A stretch of DNA of 64,000 nt from an uncultured Solirubrobacterales bacterium. Its GTDB lineage: Bacteria > Actinomycetota > Thermoleophilia > Solirubrobacterales > Solirubrobacteraceae. The notes under the pieces are model-generated. The model was not told the origin of the DNA. It ran no database searches and saw only the letters and a program-made list of their open reading frames with translations. Shown piece by piece: positions 9,305 to 17,713 of this stretch. Location: NCBI GenBank assembly GCA_963811445.1, contig CAWERP010000008.1:2087-66086 (forward strand). The letters are read 5' to 3'. Each line of letters begins with the position of its first letter. Within the stretch, counting starts at the first letter, position 1. The translations under genes and the position numbers were made by a program.

Positions 9305-9733
9305 TCAGCTGCCGGTGTCGCGGCGATGGCGCCGCTGCACCGTGACGATCGAGAAGCCTGCTGCCATCAGGAGCACGCCGATCCCCACTGTCAAGCGAAG
9401 GTCGAAGCCCGTGAACGGCAGAGTCTTTGCTTTGGAGCTTTCCGCCGCCGGTGCGGCGCTCGTCGTGGCAGGCGCGACTTCTTTCGTCGGCGTGCTTTTT
9501 TCTTTCGACGGCGAGGTTCCGCTGCTCGGTTTCGGCGCCGGCGCGGTCTGGCTGTAGCCGTTTTCTTTACTTGTGCTGGTCGCCGCGAGCGCGGTCGTGG
9601 GCACCGTGAGCGCTATCGCCAGCAACAGCGCCACCGGAAGTGCCACGAGCCTACGCAGGCTCGATCCCGTCCGGATTGGTGCTGCTTCTGTTGTCCGCGG
9701 CCTGCTCGAGGCCATGACATCGGTCCGAGTCAT
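9305..9733 (-). CDS. small sortase-anchored surface protein (LPFTG motif)
   Basis: Signal peptide (LVALPVALLLAIALTVPTTALA), a low-complexity Ser/Thr/Pro/Ala/Lys body, then LPFTG, a hydrophobic segment and a basic tail (RRHRRD). GGGAGG lies upstream of ATG 9733. Confidence 0.75.
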   Translation of the reverse strand: MTRTDVMASSRPRTTEAAPIRTGSSLRRLVALPVALLLAIALTVPTTALAATSTSKENGYSQTAPAPKPSSGTSPSKEKSTPTKEVAPATTSAAPAAESSKAKTLPFTGFDLRLTVGIGVLLMAAGFSIVTVQRRHRRDTGS

Positions 9734-9970
9734 GCCAACCTCCCGTTGATGGTGTGGTGAACGCTCCGGCCCCTACATCAGGGCCTCTTGCCTTGATCCT
9801 TCAGGCGATTCTAGGGGCAAAGGACCGTCTTATGTTCGATGTCTTCAAACAATCCCCTGCCTCTTGACGGGAACAACTATCACCCAAGCCGGTCGTAAGA
9901 GCGCGCGACGCACAACCTTCTGCCCCCAACGAGCGCCCTTTTTTTCCGTCCGCGCGCCCCGCACGTGGCC

Positions 9971-11614
9971 TTACGACACCGTCACGCGCCCCTCCAGCGT
10001 ACCCTCCATCAGCCTGCCGCGGAGCACCTTCTTGTCGAACTTCCCCACGCTCGTCTTGGGCACTTCCGCCACAAAGGCGAACTCGTCCGGCGTCCACCAC
10101 TTGGCCACGCGCCCCTGCAGATGTTCGACGAGCTCCTGCGCGGTCGTGCTCGCACCCTCGCGCAGCACGACGCAGCACAGCGGCCGCTCGGCCCACCGCG
10201 GGTCGGGCTTTGCGATCACCGCCGCCTCGACCACATCGGGGTGGGACATCACCTCGTTCTCGAGCTCCACCGAGGAGATCCACTCTCCGCCCGACTTGAT
10301 CACGTCCTTGGCGCGGTCGGTGATCTGCACCGAGCTGTCGGCGTTCACCGCCGCGATGTCGCCCGTGCGAAGCCAGCCGGAGTCGAACTTCTCATCGCCC
10401 GACTCATCGCGGAAGTAGCGCGACGCGATCCACGGTCCGCGCACCTCGATCTCCCCCGTGGACTCGCCGTCCCACGGCACCTCCTGCTCGCCGGCGCCCA
10501 CGAGGCGCAGCTCCACCCATGGCAGCGGCCGTCCCTGCCTGGCCCGGTTGGCCCAGTAAGCGTCGTCGTGATCGCCCTCCATCGGACGCGAGTAGGTGGC
10601 GACCGGGCTCGTCTCCGTCATCCCCCAGGCCTGAAAGATGCGCACCCCGTGACGCTCTTCGAAGTCCTTCATCAGCTGCCTCGGCACCGCCGAGCCACCG
10701 CAGGAGGCATTGGTCAACGAGGAGAGGTCGGTCCCGGGATGGGCGTCGGCGTATCGCAGCAGGTCGGCGAAGATCGTCGGCACGCATCCCATGAGCGTCG
10801 GGCGCTCGGTCTCGATCAGCTTCGCCAGCGGCTCGGCCCCGAGGAACCGGTCGGGCAGCACGAGGTCCGCTCCGGCGAGCGCTGCTCCGTGGGGCAGCCC
10901 CCAGGCGTTGGCGTGGAACATCGGCACGACCGCCAGCACGCTGTCCACGCGCGACATGCCGAGCGAGTCCTTCATCAGCGCCGCCGTCGAATGCAGGCTG
11001 ATCGAGCGGTGCGAGTAGAGCACGCCCTTCGGGTTGCCCGTGGTGCCACTCGTGTAGCAAAGGGCGGCCGCCTGGCGCTCGTCGACCTCGGGGTAGTCGA
11101 AGCCTCCCGGCCCCGCCGCCTCCAGCAGCTCCTCGTAGCGCAGCGCGTTCGGGAGAGACCCGGTATCCCCCTCGCCCATCACGACGTAGTGGGCGACGCT
11201 CTGAAAGGTGGGCGCCAGCTTCTCGAGCACCGGCACGAGCGAGTCGTCAACGAAGATCACCCGGTCCTCGGCGTGGTTGACGATGTAGGTGAGCTGCTCG
11301 CCGAAGAGTCGGATGTTGAGCGTGTGCAGAACGGCTCCCACGCAGGGAACCGCGAGGTACAGCTCGAAATGGCGCTGGTTGTTCCAGGCGAACGTGCCGA
11401 CGCGGTCGCCCTGCTCCACGCCGAGTCCGCGCAGGGCGCGGGCGAGCCGGTCGACGCGCTCGGAGGTCTGCCCGAACGAGGAGCGCTCGGTGGTCCCCTC
11501 GCCGGTCAGCGTCACGACCTCCGCGCCCGCGTTGCACGAGCCCACCCGGCGACGAATGTGATGGATCGTGAGCGGAAAGTCATCCTGCATCAGCCCGGCC
11601 AACATCTCGCTCAT
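9971..11614 (-). CDS. long-chain fatty-acid--CoA ligase (AMP-dependent synthetase)
   Basis: ORF 9971..11884 trimmed to MSEMLAGL (ATG 11614), which overlaps the upstream stop as ATGA. AMP-binding motif YTSGTTGNPKGV, plus GWLRTGD and the VGKFDKK C-terminus. Confidence 0.85.
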   Translation of the reverse strand: MSEMLAGLMQDDFPLTIHHIRRRVGSCNAGAEVVTLTGEGTTERSSFGQTSERVDRLARALRGLGVEQGDRVGTFAWNNQRHFELYLAVPCVGAVLHTLNIRLFGEQLTYIVNHAEDRVIFVDDSLVPVLEKLAPTFQSVAHYVVMGEGDTGSLPNALRYEELLEAAGPGGFDYPEVDERQAAALCYTSGTTGNPKGVLYSHRSISLHSTAALMKDSLGMSRVDSVLAVVPMFHANAWGLPHGAALAGADLVLPDRFLGAEPLAKLIETERPTLMGCVPTIFADLLRYADAHPGTDLSSLTNASCGGSAVPRQLMKDFEERHGVRIFQAWGMTETSPVATYSRPMEGDHDDAYWANRARQGRPLPWVELRLVGAGEQEVPWDGESTGEIEVRGPWIASRYFRDESGDEKFDSGWLRTGDIAAVNADSSVQITDRAKDVIKSGGEWISSVELENEVMSHPDVVEAAVIAKPDPRWAERPLCCVVLREGASTTAQELVEHLQGRVAKWWTPDEFAFVAEVPKTSVGKFDKKVLRGRLMEGTLEGRVTVS

Positions 11615-12837
11615 GCCCTCCTTACCCCCTCCTCGCGCGGCGCGAGCTCGGCCAGCTCGCCATAGATTCCCCGGGTGCGCTGGGCGACATCGTCCCAGTC
11701 GAAGCGCAGCACGTGCTCGGAGGCCTCCATCACGAGGCGGTCTCGCAGCTCGCCGTCCACGAGCAGGCGCTCGATCATCACGCCGAGGTGCGCGGCGTCG
11801 CCTCCGTGGAAGCGCAGGCCGACGCGCTCGCCTGAGGGCACCACCTCGCGCAACCCCCCCGTGTCGGCGACGATGCAGGGGCATCCGGAGGCCATCGCCT
11901 CGAGCGCCACCAGACCGAAGGGCTCATAGATCGAAGGAACCACGCAGAGGTCGGCGATCCGGTAGAGCGAATGCAGGGCGTCGTCGCCGATCCAGCCCAG
12001 AAAGACACCGTGCTCGGACAGCCCCAGCCCCTCCGCCTGCGCCTTCAGCTCCGCCTCGTGCGTACCGCTGCCCGCGACCAGGAAGCGCACGTTCTCGACC
12101 TTCTCGATCACGCCGGGCAGCGCGTCGAACGCCAGCTGGAAGCCCTTCTCGTAGACCAGGCGCCCGACGAGCAGCACGAGCTTCTCGTGCGGGGCCGCGA
12201 ACTCGCGCCGCAGGGTCTCGAGGTCTCCCGCGGGACGCAGTTCGTTCGGGTCGATCCCGTTGGGGATCACCGCTATCCGCCGCTCGTCGATGTCGAAGAT
12301 GTCGGCCACGTGGCCGCGCATGTAGTAGGAGCAGACGATCACCCCGTCGGCACGGCGGGCCATCCTCCGCTCGACGCGGTGGATGTGCGACTGCGGGGGG
12401 TCCTGGACCCAGCCCTGATGGCGACCGTGCTCGGTCGCATGAATGGTCGTCACGTAGGGCACGCCCAGCCGCTCGGCGAGCGAGGCCGAGGCGTGCTCGA
12501 CGAGCCAGTCGTGGCCGTGAATCAGGGAGTAGGAGTGCTCTTCGGCCAGCGCCTCCCCCGCCGCGAGCATGTCGTCGTTCATCCGCTCGACCCACGCGAC
12601 GAAGCGGTCGAGGTCGCGCGGCCAGCCCGGCTCGCGCACCCGGTGCACCGTCACTCCGCCTAGCTCCCCCACCCCGGGCTGGCCGCCATCCGTTCGACCG
12701 TCGACGCCCCGCGTGAGAACGTCCACCGCGACCCCCTGGCGCACGAGCGCCTCGGCGAGCTTGCGCACGTGGCGCGCCAACCCGCCCTCGATCACGGGAG
12801 GGTACTCCCAGGAGAGAAGCAGCACGCGGTTGCTCAT
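11611..12837 (-). CDS. GT4-family glycosyltransferase (glycogen-synthase-like)
   Basis: Start MSNRVLLLSWEYPPVIEGGLARHV (ATG 12837). C-terminal EPFGLVALEAMASGCPCI motif typical of GT-B/GT4 enzymes. Confidence 0.8.
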   Translation of the reverse strand: MSNRVLLLSWEYPPVIEGGLARHVRKLAEALVRQGVAVDVLTRGVDGRTDGGQPGVGELGGVTVHRVREPGWPRDLDRFVAWVERMNDDMLAAGEALAEEHSYSLIHGHDWLVEHASASLAERLGVPYVTTIHATEHGRHQGWVQDPPQSHIHRVERRMARRADGVIVCSYYMRGHVADIFDIDERRIAVIPNGIDPNELRPAGDLETLRREFAAPHEKLVLLVGRLVYEKGFQLAFDALPGVIEKVENVRFLVAGSGTHEAELKAQAEGLGLSEHGVFLGWIGDDALHSLYRIADLCVVPSIYEPFGLVALEAMASGCPCIVADTGGLREVVPSGERVGLRFHGGDAAHLGVMIERLLVDGELRDRLVMEASEHVLRFDWDDVAQRTRGIYGELAELAPREEGVRRA

Positions 12838-12929
12838 TCCCGGGACCCTATCTCGCCCGCCCGGGCGGTGACGGCACAGGACACCTCTCCCCGCCCGCCC
12901 GAGCGGAGCCGATCCCGCGAGTGGCTGCA

Positions 12930-13199
12930 CTAGCCGGGCGAGCGCTCGCCGCGCTGCGACAGATCGATCTCAAGCTGGCGCGGCGATGGCTGCAGCGGCT
13001 CGCTCGTCTGGCGGGGCCTTCCCCGCTTGGCCCAGTGCCCGATCACCTCGCGGCTGCGGCAGCTGTAGTAGTTGACCCGCCGGTCGATCGGAGCCAGCGC
13101 CAGGCCGCCGGGCGCGGGCGCCGTGACGATCGCGTAGAAGCGCCGGCCGTTGTGATCGACCTCGACGATGTCCCCGGTCTGGATGCCCTCGAGCCGCAT
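12930..13199 (-). CDS. hypothetical small protein
   Basis: 89-aa ORF, first gene of the co-oriented 12930-9971 string. Natural-looking N-terminal half (MRLEGIQTGDIVEVDHNGRRFYAIVTAP). No family recognised. Confidence 0.4.
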   Translation of the reverse strand: MRLEGIQTGDIVEVDHNGRRFYAIVTAPAPGGLALAPIDRRVNYYSCRSREVIGHWAKRGRPRQTSEPLQPSPRQLEIDLSQRGERSPG

Positions 13200-13321
13200 G
13201 ACGGGCCCAACTCCAGCAGGATTCGGGCGCGCGCGCGATCCAGCCGATCTCGGACATCCCGACCAAGGGCACTGGCGACGGCCCGAGGACTAACGAAAGG
13301 AGTACCAGGACGGGAGCCGCA

Positions 13322-13429
13322 ATGCTGCAAGGCGCCGACTCTGCGCTCTACAGCGCCAAGCATACGGGCCGCGATCGCACGGCGGTCTCCCAGCCCCAAG
13401 GCCGCGCGCGAGCCCGCGTCTTGCAATGA
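13322..13429 (+). pseudogene. C-terminal remnant of a GGDEF (diguanylate cyclase) domain
   Basis: The translation MLQGADSALYSAKHTGRDRTAV matches the conserved GGDEF C-terminal signature (AD.ALY.AK..GR[DN]R). Nothing GGDEF-like lies upstream in any frame. Confidence 0.45.
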
Positions 13430-13519
13430 GCATCCGTCCGAAGGACCGAGGCCACAGCGATTGTCGTAGTTGGCACGCCGCTCCTTAACCCTCCGGCCGG
13501 TCGGGCCGATGAGGCAGGC

Positions 13520-13846
13520 ATGAAGAAGAACAAGAAGAAAAAGAACAAGAAGAGGCACGACATGATGCTTGGCGAGCTGGTCGTGGCGAGTGACGAGCCG
13601 ATCGAGCGCCTCGGACGCGACGAGGCGGGGGGAGCGCTCGTCGCGGCGCTACAAGAAGCAGCGCGCGCGGGCGTCAGGGTAGCCGTCGACAGCGACGGGT
13701 ACACGATTCTCCACGGTCGCGAAGAAGAGCGCTGGGGCAAGGCCGACCTCTCTGGCGTCGTCGTCCGGCGGACCCCTGCCCGCCGCGAGCGAGCGGCAGC
13801 GACAGGCGTCGCCCAACGCGGCCGTCCCAACGCAGTCGCACCGTAG
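13520..13846 (+). CDS. hypothetical protein with poly-Lys/Asn N-terminus
   Basis: 108-aa ORF beginning MKKNKKKKNKKRHD, encoded by a 37-nt pure-purine-rich tract. The remainder has fairly high GC3. An alternative start is at MMLGEL. No family recognised. Confidence 0.35.
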   Translation: MKKNKKKKNKKRHDMMLGELVVASDEPIERLGRDEAGGALVAALQEAARAGVRVAVDSDGYTILHGREEERWGKADLSGVVVRRTPARRERAAATGVAQRGRPNAVAP

Positions 13847-13864
13847 CCGCCACCCGCCTCCGCC

Positions 13865-13899
13865 ACATGCCGGCAGTCGCATCGGGGCGGCCGGCATGT
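13865..13899 (+). terminator. hairpin after ORF 13520..13846
   Basis: acatgccggc (13865-13874) pairs with gccggcatgt (13890-13899), with a 15-nt loop. It starts 19 nt after the stop codon. Confidence 0.35.
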
Positions 13900-14098
13900 C
13901 TCGTCTAGACCCGGAGGCCGTCGTGGACGTGGAATGCAGCCGCCGGGCCGTGCAAGGCGCTTTTGTTGGGCTAGGCTTCAGGGCGAGCGATGAGGCTCGC
14001 TCTACGGGCCGGTAGCAGAGCGGAGGACCCGGAAACCGCGGCGGCGCCGCTGATGGCCTCTACGACAACGTCCAACGACGCATCGTGGAGGTCCGTAG

Positions 14099-15268
14099 AT
14101 GGAAGCCATCCAGCTCGCAGCGATTCTGATGAGCGCGGCGCTGCTCGCGAGCATGATCTCCGTCGAGGTCGGCATCTCGGTCGCGCTCATCGAGCTGACG
14201 CTCGGGATCGCGCTGGGCAACACATTCAACCTCGATCCGGACCAGGGCTGGCTCGTCTTCCTCGCCAGCTTCGCCTCCGTCGTGCTCACCTTCCTGGCCG
14301 GAGCTGAGGTCGACCCCGATGATTTCCGCGAACGGTTCGGTGCCTCGATCACCATCGGGTTCGTATCGTTCGCCGGGCCGTTCGCCGCAGCGACGCTGGT
14401 GGCGCTCGGTCCGCTCGGCTGGACTACGAAAGCGTCTCTGATCGCGGGCACCGCGCTTTCGACCACCAGCCTCGCCGTCGTCTATGCCGTGCTTGTCGAG
14501 ACCGGGCTCAACACGGTCCGAGTCGGCAAGCTGATCATGAGCGCCTGCTTCGTGACTGACATGTGCACCGTGATCGCGCTGTCTCTGATCTTCATCAAGC
14601 CCACGGTGTGGTTCCCGATCTTTCTCGTCGTCTCAGTAGCGCTGATCGTCCTCCTACCGAAGATCTCTCCATGGTTCTTCGGGCGTTACGGCGATCGCGT
14701 AATCGAGCCGGAGATCAAGCTCGTGTTCGCGATCCTCTTGGTCCTGATGGTCTTGGGGACCGAGGCAAACAGCCAGGCGGTGCTGCCGGCGTTCGTGCTC
14801 GGACTGGTCATGTCCCGTCACTACCAGCGACACCAGGAAGAGCAACGGCGTCTGCGGGTCGTGGCATTCGCTTTTCTGACTCCGTTCTTCTTCCTGCGCG
14901 GCGGCATGAATGTCTCGCTCGCGGCGGTGCTTGCGAATCTCGGCGTGCTGGGGGCGTTGTTCGCAGCGAAGATGGTGCCCAAGCTCAGTCTGGTCTACCC
15001 GCTCGCCCGCCGTCACACCGGCCCGAACGCGACGTTCACGACGCTGCTCATGAGCACGGGGCTCACGTTCGGCACGATCAGCGCGCTCTACGGGCTCACG
15101 GCCCACATCATCGACCGGACCCAGTTCTCGCTGCTCGTCACGGTCGTCGTTCTCTCGGCGATCGTTCCAACCGCGATTGCGCAACGGTGGTTCTCACCGC
15201 CAGGCGAGCATGTGCACCATGCACTACCGCCAGAGCCCTCGGAGATTCTCATCGGCGAGCCGAGCTAA
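14099..15268 (+). CDS. cation:proton antiporter (Na+/H+ exchanger family)
   Basis: 389 aa and about 11 hydrophobic segments. Typical CPA start (AILMSAALLASMISVEVGISVALIELTLGIALGN). GGAGG lies upstream of the ATG. Confidence 0.8.
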   Translation: MEAIQLAAILMSAALLASMISVEVGISVALIELTLGIALGNTFNLDPDQGWLVFLASFASVVLTFLAGAEVDPDDFRERFGASITIGFVSFAGPFAAATLVALGPLGWTTKASLIAGTALSTTSLAVVYAVLVETGLNTVRVGKLIMSACFVTDMCTVIALSLIFIKPTVWFPIFLVVSVALIVLLPKISPWFFGRYGDRVIEPEIKLVFAILLVLMVLGTEANSQAVLPAFVLGLVMSRHYQRHQEEQRRLRVVAFAFLTPFFFLRGGMNVSLAAVLANLGVLGALFAAKMVPKLSLVYPLARRHTGPNATFTTLLMSTGLTFGTISALYGLTAHIIDRTQFSLLVTVVVLSAIVPTAIAQRWFSPPGEHVHHALPPEPSEILIGEPS

Positions 15269-15295
15269 GGCCACGTGCGAGCTGGATGCGGCCGT

Positions 15296-15342
15296 CCCGT
15301 CTTACATTGATGAAGGTGAGTGTTATTGATATATGTAGATAG
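15296..15342 (+). promoter_or_regulatory. AT-rich promoter/operator region upstream of arsR
   Basis: cttacattgatgaaggtgagtgttattgatatatgtagatag is far more AT-rich than its surroundings and sits immediately 5' of ATG 15343. Confidence 0.35.
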
Positions 15343-15696
15343 ATGTCCGTCGATTTGCAGCTGGCCCCGAAGCAGAAGCGAGCGGCCGGTGAGCGCTGTT
15401 GCGAGCCGGTCGTCTATCCCGACGTGGCGCGTGATCACGCTCTGCGCATGGCCGATGTCGCCAAGGCCCTAGGCGACCCGATCCGGTTGCAGCTGATCGA
15501 CGTCCTTCGCAAGCACGCCGGCAAGGTGTGCGTCTGCGAGCTGGTGCCGCTGTTCGACGTCTCCCAGCCCACGCTCTCCCACCACCTGAAGAAGCTGCGC
15601 GACGCGGGCCTGGTGGACTCCGAGCGCAAGGGCTTATGGGCCTACTACTACGTCATCCCGGACGCGATGAAGGAGCTATCCACATGGCTGAGTTGA
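15343..15696 (+). CDS. arsR: ArsR/SmtB-family metalloregulator
   Basis: LGDPIRLQLIDVLRKHAGKVCVCELVPLFDVSQPTLSHHLKKLRDAGLV: a wHTH with the CVC As(III)-binding motif. Confidence 0.85.
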   Translation: MSVDLQLAPKQKRAAGERCCEPVVYPDVARDHALRMADVAKALGDPIRLQLIDVLRKHAGKVCVCELVPLFDVSQPTLSHHLKKLRDAGLVDSERKGLWAYYYVIPDAMKELSTWLS

Positions 15697-16610
15697 GCAC
15701 CCCCACCTCGTCCTGCTGCGCTCCCGAGGCGCAGGCCGCCTGCTGTGAGCCGTCTGAAAAGGAGGCGTGCTGCAGCACCGGCGCAGACGGAGACAGCTGT
15801 GGCTGCTCGGCAGGCGTCGAGAACGATGTGACACCGGAGCCCGACATCCGCGAAACCGTACGCGACCGTTACGCCGCCGCCGCCCGCGCAATCGCGGAGA
15901 CCCAATCGACATCGTGCAGCTGTGGCCCGGTAAGCACCGCGGACTCCAGCGGTACCCAGGTGTTCGGCTCGACGCTCTACGAGGGGAGCGAGACCGAGGG
16001 CGCTACCGCGACTGCGGTCAAGGCTTCTCTCGGGTGCGGCGTCCCGACGGCGGTCGCCGACCTGCACGAGGGTGAGACGGTGCTCGACCTCGGGTCGGGC
16101 GCCGGCGCCGACGTTCTCATCTCGGCGCGTCGTGTTGGTCCCACGGGGAAGGTGATCGGGCTGGACATGACTGAGGAGATGCTCGTGCTGGCGCGGCGGA
16201 ACGCCGAGCAGGCCGGCGCAAGGAACGTGGAGTTCCTGAGGGGCCACATCGAGGAGATTCCACTGGACGAGGAAAGCGTCGACGTCGTCATCAGCAACTG
16301 CGTTATCAACCTATCTGGCGACAAGCCGCGGGTGCTCAGGGAGGTTGCGCGCGTGCTCAAGCCAGGAGGGCGCTTGGCCGTCAGCGACGTCATCGCCGAT
16401 CCCGAGATGGACGAAGCCACACGCAATGACCTGGCGCAGTGGACCGGTTGCATCGCCGGCGCGCTCACGCGTGAAGAATTCGAAGCGGCCCTTGCCGACG
16501 CCGGTCTGGCCGACATTGAGATCGGCGAGACGCATCGCGTCCACGAGCACGCTGCCTCCGCGGTAGTGCGGGCGCGCAAGCCGAGTTTGAGCGCTCGGCC
16601 CGCTGTGTGA
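15684..16610 (+). CDS. arsM: arsenite S-adenosylmethionine methyltransferase
   Basis: ORF 15528..16610 trimmed to MAELSTP (ATG 15684, AAGGAG 8 nt upstream, 13-nt overlap with arsR). SAM motif VLDLGSGAGADV, plus VISNCVINLSGDK and LKPGGRLAVSDV. The N-terminus is Cys-rich. Confidence 0.85.
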   Translation: MAELSTPTSSCCAPEAQAACCEPSEKEACCSTGADGDSCGCSAGVENDVTPEPDIRETVRDRYAAAARAIAETQSTSCSCGPVSTADSSGTQVFGSTLYEGSETEGATATAVKASLGCGVPTAVADLHEGETVLDLGSGAGADVLISARRVGPTGKVIGLDMTEEMLVLARRNAEQAGARNVEFLRGHIEEIPLDEESVDVVISNCVINLSGDKPRVLREVARVLKPGGRLAVSDVIADPEMDEATRNDLAQWTGCIAGALTREEFEAALADAGLADIEIGETHRVHEHAASAVVRARKPSLSARPAV

Positions 16611-16727
16611 CCCGCGCGGGTCGATGACCCGCGCGCGAGCGATCACGCTCACCGTCGTTTCGGCGGCCACGGCGATGCCGCTGCTCGGCCACCAGCGATC
16701 GGGCGGCGGCATGTAGACACCTGTCCG

Positions 16728-17342
16728 GTGGGCGGACGTTCATGTTCATCGCCGCGGGGGTGCTTCTGCCCATTGGCCTGTGGCTCCTGCTCGGCTCTCA
16801 GCGACTGTCCCCTGAGCGGCCCCAAACCGCTCCGTCGTGGACGCGGGTTGATCTGCGCCCTGGCGCTCATTGTCGGCGTCGTCGGCGGCATCTACGGCGT
16901 TGGTGGCGGCTCACTGCTCGCGCCGATGCTGCTCGCCGCTGGCTTCTCGGCTTACGAGGTCGCACCCGCCACCCTTCTCGCGACCTTCCTGACCTCTATC
17001 GTCGGCATCGTGACGTTTGAGGCCCTCCAGCTCACCCACGACGGGGGCATCGCGCCAGTGTGGATCCTGGGCATCTCGATGGGCCTCGGCGGCTTCCTTG
17101 GGAGCTGTAAGGGTGCGCGTCTGCAACGCCACATCCCCGAGGCGTCTTTGCGACGCCTCCTCGGCCTGATCGCCTGTCTCGTCGCCGTGCGCTACAGGCA
17201 AACCGCAATCCAGGACCCCCCGAGCCGGGCACCCGCCCCCGCGACGCGGATCGCGTCGAGTGGGCTGGCTTGGACGCTCCGCCTGCAAGACTGGCACGAA
17301 TACTGGCACGCACCCCGATCATTTGGCTTTGTAGAGCGATGA
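16728..17342 (+). pseudogene. TauE/SafE-family anion exporter, N-terminally degraded or frameshifted
   Basis: The C-terminal half is clear (LALIVGVVGGIYGVGGGSLLAPMLL...LGGFLGSCKGARL). The preceding TM segment (MFIAAGVLLPIGLWLLLG) is in the frame of ORF 16742..17020. A short ORF from ATG 16624 ends in a stop. Three frames are needed and about 100 aa are missing. Confidence 0.5.
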
Positions 17343-17713
17343 AGTGGTTGATCGACGGGATGAACGTGATCGGCACACGTCCGGACGCCTGGTGGAAGGA
17401 CCGCCACCAGGCGATGGTCCGGCTCGTCGACATGCTCGAGCGCTGGGCGGCCGCTAGCGGCGAGGAGGTGACCGTCGTGTTCGAGCAACCACCGCGCCCG
17501 CCCATCTCCTCGACCGTGATCCGCGTGGCGCACGCGCCGCGACCCCGCCGCGACTCAGCTGACGACGAGATCGTGCGCCTGCTCACCGCCGAGCAGAAGC
17601 CCGGCGAGGTCCGCGTCGTTACGTCTGACAACTGGCTCGCCGATCGCGTCTATGCGGCCGGCGCGAGCGTGCATGCGGCCGACTCCTTCCGGACCCAGCT
17701 CGAAGTCCCCTGA
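17339..17713 (+). CDS. NYN/YacP-like PIN-fold domain protein (putative RNase)
   Basis: MKWLIDGMNVIG...DDEIVRLL...VRVVTSDNWL matches the YacP-type NYN pattern. Its ATG overlaps the upstream stop (ATGA) and its stop overlaps the next start (TGATG). Confidence 0.6.
   Translation: MKWLIDGMNVIGTRPDAWWKDRHQAMVRLVDMLERWAAASGEEVTVVFEQPPRPPISSTVIRVAHAPRPRRDSADDEIVRLLTAEQKPGEVRVVTSDNWLADRVYAAGASVHAADSFRTQLEVP

Noticed and set aside
9965-11665. 566-aa plus-strand ORF and several 90-220-aa ORFs over the acyl-CoA ligase gene
   Set aside because: They are antisense or out of frame relative to a gene with clear AMP-binding motifs. Their composition is Arg/His/Pro-rich and not protein-like.
11568-12716. 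382-aa plus-strand ORF that is almost pure Arg/Pro/Ala
   Set aside because: It is an out-of-frame reading over the GT4 gene, low-complexity text typical of the wrong frame in GC-rich DNA.
13348-13866. 172-aa minus-strand ORF containing FLFFFFLFFF
   Set aside because: The Phe run is just the antisense of the purine tract. The remainder is Arg/Ala-rich with no gene-like features.
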